Shown piece after piece: positions 50,953 through 59,309 of a stretch of 64,000 nt of DNA. The notes below the pieces were generated by a model. It was given only the letters and a program-made list of their open reading frames with translations, was not told the origin of the DNA and searched no databases. Origin of the DNA: an uncultured Gemmatimonadaceae bacterium (lineage in GTDB: Bacteria > Gemmatimonadota > Gemmatimonadetes > Longimicrobiales > RSA9); assembly GCA_964619835.1 (NCBI GenBank), contig CAZUFP010000010.1, forward strand, positions 4,561-68,560, written 5' to 3'. The number at the start of each line of letters is the position of its first letter. Position 1 is the stretch's first letter. A program made the position numbers and the translations under genes.

Positions 50953-51078
50953 GGCGGATAATCTGGCGGGTGCATCCGCAACGCCGCAACCGGGGCCTCG
51001 ATCATTTCCCGGACGGTGCCGGGCGCATATCCTGCATCGTCCACGGGTGAACCCGCACGTGGATTCCGGAGGTGCACC

Positions 51079-51522
51079 ATGGACGAAGATTGCGTTTTCT
51101 GCAGGATTATCGGCGGTGAAGAGACGGTCAGCCTCGTGTATGAGGACCACCGCGCGATCGCGTTCATGGACATTCACCCGGTGAGTCCCGGGCACATTCT
51201 TGTTGCGCCCAAGCAACACTATCAGGACTTCTTCGAGATTCCGGCGGAGGAGGCGGCCCACTGCCTGGCGGTGGCGCACCGGCTGGCGCCGGGCATCCGG
51301 CAGGCGACCCTCTCAGGCGCGGTGAACCTGTTCAGCGCCAACGGGCGGGCGGGCGGTCAGGACGTGCCGCATTTCCACTTTCACCTGATCCCGGTGCGCG
51401 AGGGCGAGGAGTTCGAGCTCCAGCTGCCCAAGCCGGGTGCTCCGGTCCCGTCCCGGTCGGACCTGGACGTCATGGCCGTGCGCATCGGCCGCGCGATTCA
51501 GAAGGAGGTGACGGCCCTTTGA
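51079..51522 (+). CDS. HIT family nucleotide hydrolase
   Basis: GGAGG RBS, CVFCRI, PGHILVAPK and HFHFH. Confidence 0.9.
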   Translation: MDEDCVFCRIIGGEETVSLVYEDHRAIAFMDIHPVSPGHILVAPKQHYQDFFEIPAEEAAHCLAVAHRLAPGIRQATLSGAVNLFSANGRAGGQDVPHFHFHLIPVREGEEFELQLPKPGAPVPSRSDLDVMAVRIGRAIQKEVTAL

Positions 51523-52652
51523 AACGGTATCCTCCGTTTGATCCGCCGGAATACATCGACTGGGCGCCGGACCCGGCGCTCGTGGAAGCGTACGGCGCCC
51601 GGGTCCGTGAGGACGACGAGCGTCTTGCGGTCATCGAGGCACTGGATGTTGGCGCCTTGCTGGCGCTGTACCGGGGGATGGTGCGGTTCCGGCTGCACGA
51701 CATCTCGTTGAAGCGGTGGGTGCGGCAGGGCGTCATCTCGAAGGCGTGGCTGGGGACGGGTGAGGAGGCGGTGACCATCGGAGCGGTGCACGCGCTGGAC
51801 CGTTCACAGGATGTGGTGGCGCCCATGATCCGGAACGCGGGCGCGCTCCACGAGATGGGCGTGCCGTTGGCGCGCATCTTCCGCGGTTACCTGGCCTCCG
51901 GCACGGGCCCCAACGGTGGACGGGACGGCCATTTCGGGGACCTGGACCACGGTGTGCTCCAGCCCATCTCCCACGTGGGGGACATGGTGCCCATCACCAC
52001 GGGCATGGCCCTGGCGTTCCAGCGGCGGAGCGAGCCGCGGGTGGCGCTTACCTGGGTGGGGGACGGCGCCACCAAGACGGGCGCCTTCCACGAAGGCGTG
52101 AACCTGGGCGCCGTGTTGGGGGTCCCGGCGGTCTACATCATCCAGAACAACCAGGTGGCGCTGGGCACGCGGCTGGACCAGCACCAGGCGGGCGACTTCC
52201 GGGACTGGCCGGCCATGTATGGCCTGGCAGGCGCCTGGGCGGACGGCAACCACGTGCTGGACGTGTACGCGGCGGTGAAGCTGGCCGCGGACCGGGCTCG
52301 TTCAGGGGGCGGTCCCACGCTGCTGGTGGTGGACACGTTCCGCATGGGCGGCCACGCCACGCACGACGAGAAGGAAGCCCGCGAGACGTTTCCTGCCGAG
52401 CTGTTCGAGCGGTGGGGCAAGCGGGATCCCATTGGCCTGTATGAAGAGTACCTGGTGGCGGAGGGCGTTGCGGACCGGGCGGCCCTCGAAGCCGCGGAAG
52501 CCGAGGTGTCGGCCGAGCTGGAGGCGGCGGTGGAGGAGGCGTTGGCGGCGCGGGACGCCGAGGCGCCGGCCGGGGCCTCCGCCGAATACGACGGGGTCAG
52601 CGTCGGCGTACGACAACCCGGCCTGGCGGCGAGACTGGCACCGGGAGCCTGA
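51519..52652 (+). CDS. TPP-dependent 2-oxoacid dehydrogenase E1 alpha subunit
   Basis: GEEA, GDGATKTG...IQNN TPP motif and FRMGGHATHD; TTG start overlaps the HIT stop. Confidence 0.85.
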   Translation: MKRYPPFDPPEYIDWAPDPALVEAYGARVREDDERLAVIEALDVGALLALYRGMVRFRLHDISLKRWVRQGVISKAWLGTGEEAVTIGAVHALDRSQDVVAPMIRNAGALHEMGVPLARIFRGYLASGTGPNGGRDGHFGDLDHGVLQPISHVGDMVPITTGMALAFQRRSEPRVALTWVGDGATKTGAFHEGVNLGAVLGVPAVYIIQNNQVALGTRLDQHQAGDFRDWPAMYGLAGAWADGNHVLDVYAAVKLAADRARSGGGPTLLVVDTFRMGGHATHDEKEARETFPAELFERWGKRDPIGLYEEYLVAEGVADRAALEAAEAEVSAELEAAVEEALAARDAEAPAGASAEYDGVSVGVRQPGLAARLAPGA

Positions 52653-52660
52653 TCGCGGCG

Positions 52661-53260
52661 TCAACGGGCGATGCCCGCCGCATGTGCCACTTCAAGGAAC
52701 TGGGTCAGGATACGGTGAGTCAGCCCCCAGATGACATGGCCGTCCACCGTGAACGACGGGAACGCACGCGGCCCGTCGGGGAACTCGATCTGAACCTCTC
52801 CCGCAGCCTTCCCGTTGCTCAATAGCGAAAGCGGGACCCACAACGCCTGCTCCACCTCGCCCGGGTTGGGCGCCGCGTACGTGTCTGACGGCACCACGCC
52901 CACGAACGGCGCGATGACCAGCGGGCCCAGCCGGCGGGAGCCCGGCCGTACTTCATCCAGCGGGCCCAGCACGGCATCCCGGGGCACGACGACGCCCGTC
53001 TCCTCGCTCGCCTCCCGCAACGCCGTGTCCAGCAGATCCGCGTCCGCGTAATCCCGGCGGCCGCCGGGCAGCGCCATGTGGCCGGACCAGGGGTCCCCTT
53101 CGATTTCCGCTCGCTCGATGATGAGCAGCTCGAGATCGTCGCGCGGCCGCAGCACGAGCAGCACGCCCGCCTCGAAGCCGGCACCGACGTGCGGCAGCTG
53201 TTGAGGCGTCTGGTCCGCGAGCTGCCTGCGGAGCGCCTGGATGCGCGGATCGGATGTCAT
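52661..53260 (-). CDS. Nudix hydrolase, CoA pyrophosphatase (NudL) type
   Basis: WSGHMALPGGRRD...TALREASEETG Nudix box and IWGLTHRIL. Confidence 0.88.
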   Translation of the reverse strand: MTSDPRIQALRRQLADQTPQQLPHVGAGFEAGVLLVLRPRDDLELLIIERAEIEGDPWSGHMALPGGRRDYADADLLDTALREASEETGVVVPRDAVLGPLDEVRPGSRRLGPLVIAPFVGVVPSDTYAAPNPGEVEQALWVPLSLLSNGKAAGEVQIEFPDGPRAFPSFTVDGHVIWGLTHRILTQFLEVAHAAGIAR

Positions 53261-53334
53261 GTCTACACTCAACGGGAACCAAACGCGCCGCCCGCGCGGC
53301 GCGAGCCCACCGACCGGGACGCACGGATCGGACC

Positions 53335-53661
53335 GTGAGCACACCACGACACAACCGCGCCGCAGACGATCGGCGACTGCGCATCTTCCGGCGCGACGAC
53401 TACACCTGCGTGTACTGCGGCCAGCGCTTCGAAGCCGCTGATCTGACCGTGGACCACGTGGAGCCGCGGGTCAAAGGCGGCGACAACTCGGACGGCAATC
53501 TCGTCACCGCCTGCAGCGCCTGCAACATGGAAAAAGGCGGCGCACCCGCCTGGGCCTACCTGGCCGGCCGGCCGGAGAAACGGGAGAATTTCCTGCGCCT
53601 GGCGTCGTTCGTGTGGCCCCGGCTGCGGCGGGCCATCGAGGAAGCGGCGCGGGACGGGTAG
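53335..53661 (+). CDS. Small HNH endonuclease (McrA-like)
   Basis: RDDYTCVYCG, TVDHVEPRVKGG and NLVTACSACN; GTG start is estimated. Confidence 0.85.
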   Translation: MSTPRHNRAADDRRLRIFRRDDYTCVYCGQRFEAADLTVDHVEPRVKGGDNSDGNLVTACSACNMEKGGAPAWAYLAGRPEKRENFLRLASFVWPRLRRAIEEAARDG

Positions 53662-53680
53662 GGTGGCGGTGCGGCGGCGT

Positions 53681-54352
53681 CTACACGCCTGCCGTGTTCG
53701 GCCCCCAGATCGCCTTGTGGAGCTGCGTCTGGAACCGGACGGGCAGGCGGTCCTCCAGGATCCATCGGGCGAGGTCCTGGTACTCCAGCTCGCCCCAGAC
53801 GGGCGCGAACAGGATGGCCTTGAGGGAGCCGTCCCGGACCCGCGCGTCCAGCCCACGCTGGCGGAGCGTGTCCCGGGCCCACTCGAAGTCGGCGCGGTCC
53901 CGCATCACGAACTTGATCTCGTCACGTTCCGTGAGGTGGTCCAGGTTCGACCACAGGTTCTTCGCCGATTCGCCGGAGCCGGGGCACTTCAGGTCCATGA
54001 TCCGGTGGGCACGCGGGTCCAGCGGGCTCACGTCCACCGCCCCGGACGTCTCCACCAGGACCGTGTAGCCGCCGTCCAGCAGCCGTTGCGCCAGGACGAA
54101 CGCGTTCGGGTGAATCAACGGCTCGCCCCCCGTGATCTCCACCAGGGGCGTTCCGATGTCGCCGACCCGGCCCACGATCTCGTCCAGCGAGAGCAGCTCG
54201 CCGCCGTAGAAAGCGTACTCCGTGTCGCACCACGCGCAGCGCAGCGGGCAGCCGGTGAGGCGGACGAACGTGCACGGCAGCCCGGCCCAGGAGCTTTCGC
54301 CCTGGATCGAGTGGAAAATTTCGGTAACGCGGACGGCGGCTGTCTTGCTCAT
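53681..54352 (-). CDS. queE: 7-carboxy-7-deazaguanine synthase-like radical SAM protein
   Basis: EIFHSIQGE, FVRLTGCPLRCAWCDT, ITGGEP, VETSG and QLHK. Confidence 0.82.
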   Translation of the reverse strand: MSKTAAVRVTEIFHSIQGESSWAGLPCTFVRLTGCPLRCAWCDTEYAFYGGELLSLDEIVGRVGDIGTPLVEITGGEPLIHPNAFVLAQRLLDGGYTVLVETSGAVDVSPLDPRAHRIMDLKCPGSGESAKNLWSNLDHLTERDEIKFVMRDRADFEWARDTLRQRGLDARVRDGSLKAILFAPVWGELEYQDLARWILEDRLPVRFQTQLHKAIWGPNTAGV

Positions 54353-54515
54353 GGCCGCATAATACCCGCGCGGGCGGGGAAGTTCATCCGTGCCGAGCCG
54401 ACCTGGATCGGGCGGGGTTTCTGTCATCCGATCCTGACGGGGAGACGACCGGCTCCTTCGCGGTGAGCGTCGCCTGGCCGCGTTCCGGCCTGATGGAATT
54501 CGCGGGCCTGGCGCG

Positions 54516-54587
54516 AAGGGAGACGGGGCGACGGGGAGCGTTGCGGCGGAAGATGGCTGGGCGCCCCCGGTCTCCCCCGTCTCCCTT
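54516..54587. repeat. GACGGGGA-family repeat with perfect 13-bp inverted repeat
   Basis: aagggagacgggg 54516-54528 / ccccgtctccctt 54575-54587. Confidence 0.7.
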
Positions 54588-54640
54588 CCGGACGGGCCGG
54601 GCTACGGTGCCATTACCGGTAACCGGCCCGGCACTCCGGC

Positions 54641-55549
54641 CTAATGACGCTTCTCCCGGAAGATGTTGCCGACGATGAAGAACAGGTTCGCCGGCCTCTC
54701 CGCCATGCGGCGCATGAGGTACGGGTACCACGCGTCGCCGAAGGGAAGGTAGACGCGCATGCCGTATCCCTCCTTCACGAGCTGCTGCTGGAGGTCGCGG
54801 CGCACTCCGTAAAGCATCTGGAACTCGAAGCGGGCCGGATCGATGCCGTGCTCGACGACGAACGCCTTGGTGGCGTCGATCATCTTCGGGTCGTGGGTGG
54901 CGATGCCCGGGTAGTGCCCGTCCCGGAGCAGGAGCTTCATGGTCTCGACGTAGTTCGCGTCGACGTCCTTCTTGTCCGGGAACGCCACCGTGGCGGGCTC
55001 GGCGTAGGCGCCCTTGCACAGGCGGACGCGCATGCGCCGCTCGTTGGCGGCGGTGGCGTCGTCCCGGGTGCGTCGCAGGTAGGACTGGAGCACGATGCCG
55101 ATGTCGTGGTACCCCTCGTCCCAGAGGGAGGCGACGAAGTCCAGCGTTGGCTGGGTGTGCTTGCTGTCCTCCATGTCGAAGCGCACGAAGGTGCCCAGCT
55201 CGCGCGCCCGGTCCAGGATGCGGCGCACGTTGTCGTGAAGGAACTGGAGCCCGATGTCCTGGCCCATCTGTGTCAGCTTGATGGAGATGTTGCCATCGAT
55301 GCCGTCCGACGCGATGCGATCCAGCACCGTCAGATAGGCGTCCGCGGCGGCCCTTGCGTCCGCCTCGCTCTCCACCGACTCGCCCAGGTTGTCCACCGTC
55401 ACGGTCATGCCCGCCTCATTCAGCGCGCGGGCGGCCTGCATGGCCTCGTCCACGGTCTCGCCCGCGACGAAGCGCCGGGCCATCCTGCGTGCGAAGGGCG
55501 CACGGGTCACCATGGCGCGCGCCAATCGGCTCTCGCTCAGAAACAGCAT
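54641..55549 (-). CDS. Monofunctional proline dehydrogenase
   Basis: RFVAGE, DNLGE, SIKLTQMG, RFDME, RLCKGAY, ATHD, FQMLYG, YLPFG and YLMRRMAERPAN. Start 55549 or TTG 55564. Confidence 0.92.
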   Translation of the reverse strand: MLFLSESRLARAMVTRAPFARRMARRFVAGETVDEAMQAARALNEAGMTVTVDNLGESVESEADARAAADAYLTVLDRIASDGIDGNISIKLTQMGQDIGLQFLHDNVRRILDRARELGTFVRFDMEDSKHTQPTLDFVASLWDEGYHDIGIVLQSYLRRTRDDATAANERRMRVRLCKGAYAEPATVAFPDKKDVDANYVETMKLLLRDGHYPGIATHDPKMIDATKAFVVEHGIDPARFEFQMLYGVRRDLQQQLVKEGYGMRVYLPFGDAWYPYLMRRMAERPANLFFIVGNIFREKRH

Positions 55550-55565
55550 CGTTTGTTTGAGCAAT

Positions 55566-55991
55566 TCAGTTCTCCAGTTCTTCTTCCCGGCGCCGGATGG
55601 CGGCGTCCAGCTCGGCCTTCAACTCGAACAGTGTGAGGTCCAGCGCGGCCATGCGTGCTTCGTCCTCGGTCATGCCCCAGGCGACGTCGCCCGATTCGAC
55701 ATGGCCCATGATGCCCGCGCCCGTGGCGGCCCAGCGCACGAAGATCAGGAACGCCACCCAGGGCCGGCCGGGGTCGCCCGTTTCCTCCGCGCCGATGTCC
55801 ACCGTGTACGGCTGGCCGTCGCGGCCCTCGAAGGCGGGAACGCGGTCGTGCGTCTCGACGTAGCCGCGGAACGTCAGGTCCGGCGCCGTCGCGTCGGGGC
55901 CGGTCGGCTTTCCACGGGCGGCGTCGATGATGTCGAACGGCCGCTCGGCGCCCTCCTTGTCGTGCGCCCGCCGTTCGGCCTCTCGTTCCAT
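55566..55991 (-). CDS. Hypothetical protein
   Basis: Protein-like C-terminal part of the long ORF (YVETHDRVPAFEGRDGQPYTVD...FVRW); stop is just before the proline dehydrogenase start. Confidence 0.6.
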   Translation of the reverse strand: MEREAERRAHDKEGAERPFDIIDAARGKPTGPDATAPDLTFRGYVETHDRVPAFEGRDGQPYTVDIGAEETGDPGRPWVAFLIFVRWAATGAGIMGHVESGDVAWGMTEDEARMAALDLTLFELKAELDAAIRRREEELEN

Positions 55992-56109
55992 TCTGCGGAA
56001 CAGGTCTGTGCGCCCGTTCTCACCCACCGGTCCCTCCGCACCTGCGGTCCGCGCGAATTCTAACCCCGGCCCCGCTGCCCTGCCACCGCCTCGTCCGGTC
56101 CCCGCCCCA

Positions 56110-56360
56110 CCCCGTCTCCGCCCCGCCCCACCCACCCCGACCGGGAGACTTGTCGGGCTGGCGTGCAGGGCCTGGCCGGCGTGGCGCGGGGGCTGGCTCG
56201 CTGGGCATGGACGTTGACGGGGAGACGGGGAGACGGGGAGACGGGGCGGGCGCTGGCGTGGGCCGGCTCCCCGTCTCCCTGCGATCCAGGCCGACGCACG
56301 CCGATTGGGCCGGACACGTGCCAGGTCGGCGTGCGCAGCGAACGCGGCGGTCTCCCCGTC
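56110..56360. repeat. GACGGGGA octamer tandem array (about 3.9 copies) with inverted copies
   Basis: Array at 56216-56246; inverted copies at 56110-56119, 56267-56279 and 56351-56360. Confidence 0.75.
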
Positions 56361-56422
56361 GGGGTGGTGGGGAAAAGGCGGGGATGATACCCTGACCGGA
56401 AACGTTGGAAAGGGGAGAGGCA

Positions 56423-57445
56423 ATGCGCGCAGCGATCTTTCATGAGCATGGCGGCCCCGAGCTGGTCCGGGTCGAAGATGTGGAGACGCCGGAGCCGGGG
56501 CCGGGCGAGGTGCGGGTGCGGGTGGAGGCGGCGGGGATGAACCACCTGGACCTGTGGGTCCGCCGGGGCCTGCCGGTGGAGACGACGATGCCGCACATCG
56601 GCGGCTCCGACGTCGTGGGCGTCGTGGATTCGGTGGGCGTGGGGGTGGACGGCGCGCTGGCGGGGCAGCGTTTCGTGGTGAACCCGTCCCTCTGGTGCGG
56701 GCAGTGCGAGTGGTGCCGGCGTGGGGAGGAGAGCCTGTGTGTGCATTACCGCATCCTGGGCGAGCATACGCAGGGCGGATTCGCGGAGTACGTGGTCGTG
56801 CCGGCGCGGAACCTCCTGCCGCTGCCGGAATCCTACGACGCGGCGCGAGCGGCGGCCGCGCCGCTGGTCTTCCTGACGGCGTGGCGCGGGCTCATCAGCC
56901 GGGCGCGGCTGCGGCCGGGGGAGACCGTGCTCATCACGGGCGCCTCCGGCGGCGTGTCCACGGCGGCCATCCAGATCGCGCGGCTGGCGGGCGCGCGGGT
57001 CCATGCGGTGACATCCACGCCGTTCGTGGACCGCGTGCGTGCCCTGGGCGCCGACGTGGTCTACGACCGCAACGAGGTGGACTTTTCGAAGCAGGTCTGG
57101 ATGGACACAGGCAAGCGCGGCGTGGACGTCGTGCTGGACTCGGTGGGGCAGGAGACGTTCACGCAGTGTGTGCGCGCGCTGGCGAAAGGCGGCCGACTCG
57201 TCCTCTACGGCGCCACCACGGGGCCGAAAGCCGAGCTGGACATCCGGCAGGCCTTCTGGAAGCAGATCGAGGTCCTGGGCACGACCATGTCCAACGTCCG
57301 GGAATTCGAAGAGGTCATGAGCCTGATCCTGGAAGGCCGTCTGGATCCTGTGCTGGACGTGGCCTGGCCGCTGGACCGGGCCGCCGAGGCGCACGCCCGG
57401 CTGGAGCAGGGCGAGTCGTTCGGCAACATCGTGCTCGTGCCGTGA
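56423..57445 (+). CDS. Zinc-binding alcohol dehydrogenase / MDR family oxidoreductase
   Basis: MRAAIFHEHGGPE, CGQCEWC...C zinc cluster, GGFAEY and GASGGV. Confidence 0.9.
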   Translation: MRAAIFHEHGGPELVRVEDVETPEPGPGEVRVRVEAAGMNHLDLWVRRGLPVETTMPHIGGSDVVGVVDSVGVGVDGALAGQRFVVNPSLWCGQCEWCRRGEESLCVHYRILGEHTQGGFAEYVVVPARNLLPLPESYDAARAAAAPLVFLTAWRGLISRARLRPGETVLITGASGGVSTAAIQIARLAGARVHAVTSTPFVDRVRALGADVVYDRNEVDFSKQVWMDTGKRGVDVVLDSVGQETFTQCVRALAKGGRLVLYGATTGPKAELDIRQAFWKQIEVLGTTMSNVREFEEVMSLILEGRLDPVLDVAWPLDRAAEAHARLEQGESFGNIVLVP

Positions 57446-57508
57446 CGTGACGGGAGACCGTGATGGGAAGTGGGCGGCCGTGATGGGCGCAGCCAACGGG
57501 AGGGGATC

Positions 57509-57658
57509 GTGAGACAGACGCTGTTGATCATCGCGACGGTCGTCGTGCTGCTGGCGCTGCTGGGGTTCGTCGGGATCTCGCGACCGCTGCGAGGGGCACG
57601 GGCCTGGACGCTGCTGGTGGCCGGGCTGTTGCTGGTCGCCGTCGCCTTCGCCACCTGA
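57509..57658 (+). CDS. Small (49 aa) two-helix membrane protein
   Basis: GGGAGG RBS before GTG; two hydrophobic segments separated by SRPLRGAR. Confidence 0.5.
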   Translation: MRQTLLIIATVVVLLALLGFVGISRPLRGARAWTLLVAGLLLVAVAFAT

Positions 57659-57700
57659 CCGGGGTGCGCGCCGGCGCCCGGCCCGATTCGCGGCACGGGC

Positions 57701-58102
57701 CTAGCGCTTCGGCGTCCAGCGTGCCGCGTCGCGCGTTTCGTACTTCTCCAGGACGCGCACCAGGGCCGCTTCCAGGTCGATCTTCTGCTCGTTGGCCAGC
57801 GTGAGCAGCACGAACAGGACGTCCGCCAGCTCCAGGGCCAGGTCCTGGTCGGGCTCTTCCGGCTTCTTGGGCTTGTGGCCGTACCGGTGGTTCAGCTCCC
57901 GGCTCAGCTCGCCCACCTCCTCCACCAGCCGCGCCAGGCTGGACAGCGGCGGCCAGTAGCCCTCCTCGAACCGCGAGATCCAGGCGTCGACGGCGCGCTG
58001 CGCATCGGCGATGGTCAGGCCGGAGGACCCGTGCGAGGCGGGGTCAACGGCCGGCCGTCCGGCCGCGGTGTCGGGCTCCGGTCCCGCCGCGTCGCCGCTC
58101 AC
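57701..58102 (-). CDS. MazG-like nucleotide pyrophosphohydrolase (YpjD-like)
   Basis: YWPPL..LARLVEEVGELSRE and ELADVLF; GTG start overlaps upstream stop. Confidence 0.85.
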   Translation of the reverse strand: MSGDAAGPEPDTAAGRPAVDPASHGSSGLTIADAQRAVDAWISRFEEGYWPPLSSLARLVEEVGELSRELNHRYGHKPKKPEEPDQDLALELADVLFVLLTLANEQKIDLEAALVRVLEKYETRDAARWTPKR

Positions 58103-59229
58103 CCGTCCCTCCAACGGACCAGTTCGTCGATGACCAGCTCGATCTCCGCTTCGGTGTTATAGAAATGCGGCGAAACGCGCACGTAGCCAGGGCGCGCGTC
58201 CACGATGATCTGGCGCTCGGCGAGGTGTGCGACGGCGGCGTGAGGGTCGTCGGCCGCGATCATGACGATGGCCGATCGCTGCTCGGGCTGCGGCGCCAGG
58301 CGCATGTCGAAGCCGTGCTCGGCCGCCCGCCCGATGAGCCGGTCGGTGAGGAGCCGGTTCCGTTCCCGGATGGCGTCCACGCCGATCTCGTCGATGATGG
58401 ATTGCCCGCCCAGGGCGGCGTGCACCGTGGGCAGTGCCGGCGTGCCCTGCTCGTAGCGCCGGGCGTCGTCGCGCAGCGCGAGGTTCTCGATGTCGAAGGC
58501 GAACGGGTCGCGGTGGGCGAACCAGCCGGCGACGGTGGGGCGAAGCCAGGCCAGGAGTGATTCCCGGACGTACATGTACGCCAGGCCGGGCCCCCCCAGC
58601 AGCCACTTGAGCGGACCGGTGATGAGGACGTCGACATCCGCCTGTCGCACGTCGATGGGCACCTGGCCGGCGCTCTGATACGCGTCCACCAGCAGCAGCG
58701 CGCCGGCACGGTGCGCCACGTCGGCGAGCGCCTTCAGGTCCTGGATGGTGCCGGTGGTGAAGAACACGTGGCTGGTGGCGACGAGTGCGGTGCGCTCCGA
58801 CACGGCGTCGGCGAAGCGCTGCACGTCGATGGTGGCGCCGTCGTCGCTGGGCACGTGCACCACGTTCACGTCCGGCCGCGCCATCCACTGGTACGCCAGT
58901 GTCGGGAAGTCCAGGTCGGCGACCACCACGTCGGGACGGCTTTCGTAGTCCAGGGTGGAGCCGATGACGGTCAGGGCGCCCGACACCGACGGTGCGAGCG
59001 CCATCTCCCGCGGCTCTGCGTTGATCATGGCGGCGACGCGCTGGCGCAGCTCATCCAGCCGCCCGAGCCAGCGTTCGTACCAGGCCGACGCGCCGTAATC
59101 GTGCCACTCTTCCTGGAACTCGTGCACCCGCTCGACGGCGCGCCGGGAAAGGGCGCCCAGGGAGCACGAGTTCAGGTACGTCTTGCGCGCGAGGATCGGG
59201 AACTCGTCCCGCCATGCATTCCAGTCCAT
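58099..59229 (-). CDS. Aminotransferase class V PLP enzyme (kynureninase/desulfurase-like)
   Basis: YLNSCSLG, DFPT, DAYQSAG, GPLKWLLGGPG and RVSPHFYN. Confidence 0.88.
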   Translation of the reverse strand: MDWNAWRDEFPILARKTYLNSCSLGALSRRAVERVHEFQEEWHDYGASAWYERWLGRLDELRQRVAAMINAEPREMALAPSVSGALTVIGSTLDYESRPDVVVADLDFPTLAYQWMARPDVNVVHVPSDDGATIDVQRFADAVSERTALVATSHVFFTTGTIQDLKALADVAHRAGALLLVDAYQSAGQVPIDVRQADVDVLITGPLKWLLGGPGLAYMYVRESLLAWLRPTVAGWFAHRDPFAFDIENLALRDDARRYEQGTPALPTVHAALGGQSIIDEIGVDAIRERNRLLTDRLIGRAAEHGFDMRLAPQPEQRSAIVMIAADDPHAAVAHLAERQIIVDARPGYVRVSPHFYNTEAEIELVIDELVRWRDG

Positions 59230-59309
59230 AGGACGGCGAAGGTAGGCGGCGGACGCGCCCGGAGGCAAGCCTGTCTCCGGGACGTCCGGCGCCCTAGCTT
59301 CAGCATCCC

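Noticed and set aside
54353-54480. preQ1 riboswitch upstream of queE
   Set aside because: No preQ1 stem-loop with an A-rich tail is visible; the region is GC-rich and repeat-derived.
56380-56422. TPP-riboswitch-like ACCCTGA string
   Set aside because: It lacks the CUGAGA motif and the other conserved TPP elements.
53335-58102. Defence island or prophage (HNH plus MazG-like gene)
   Set aside because: The genes are scattered among housekeeping genes, with no integrase, att sites, phage genes or obvious GC shift.
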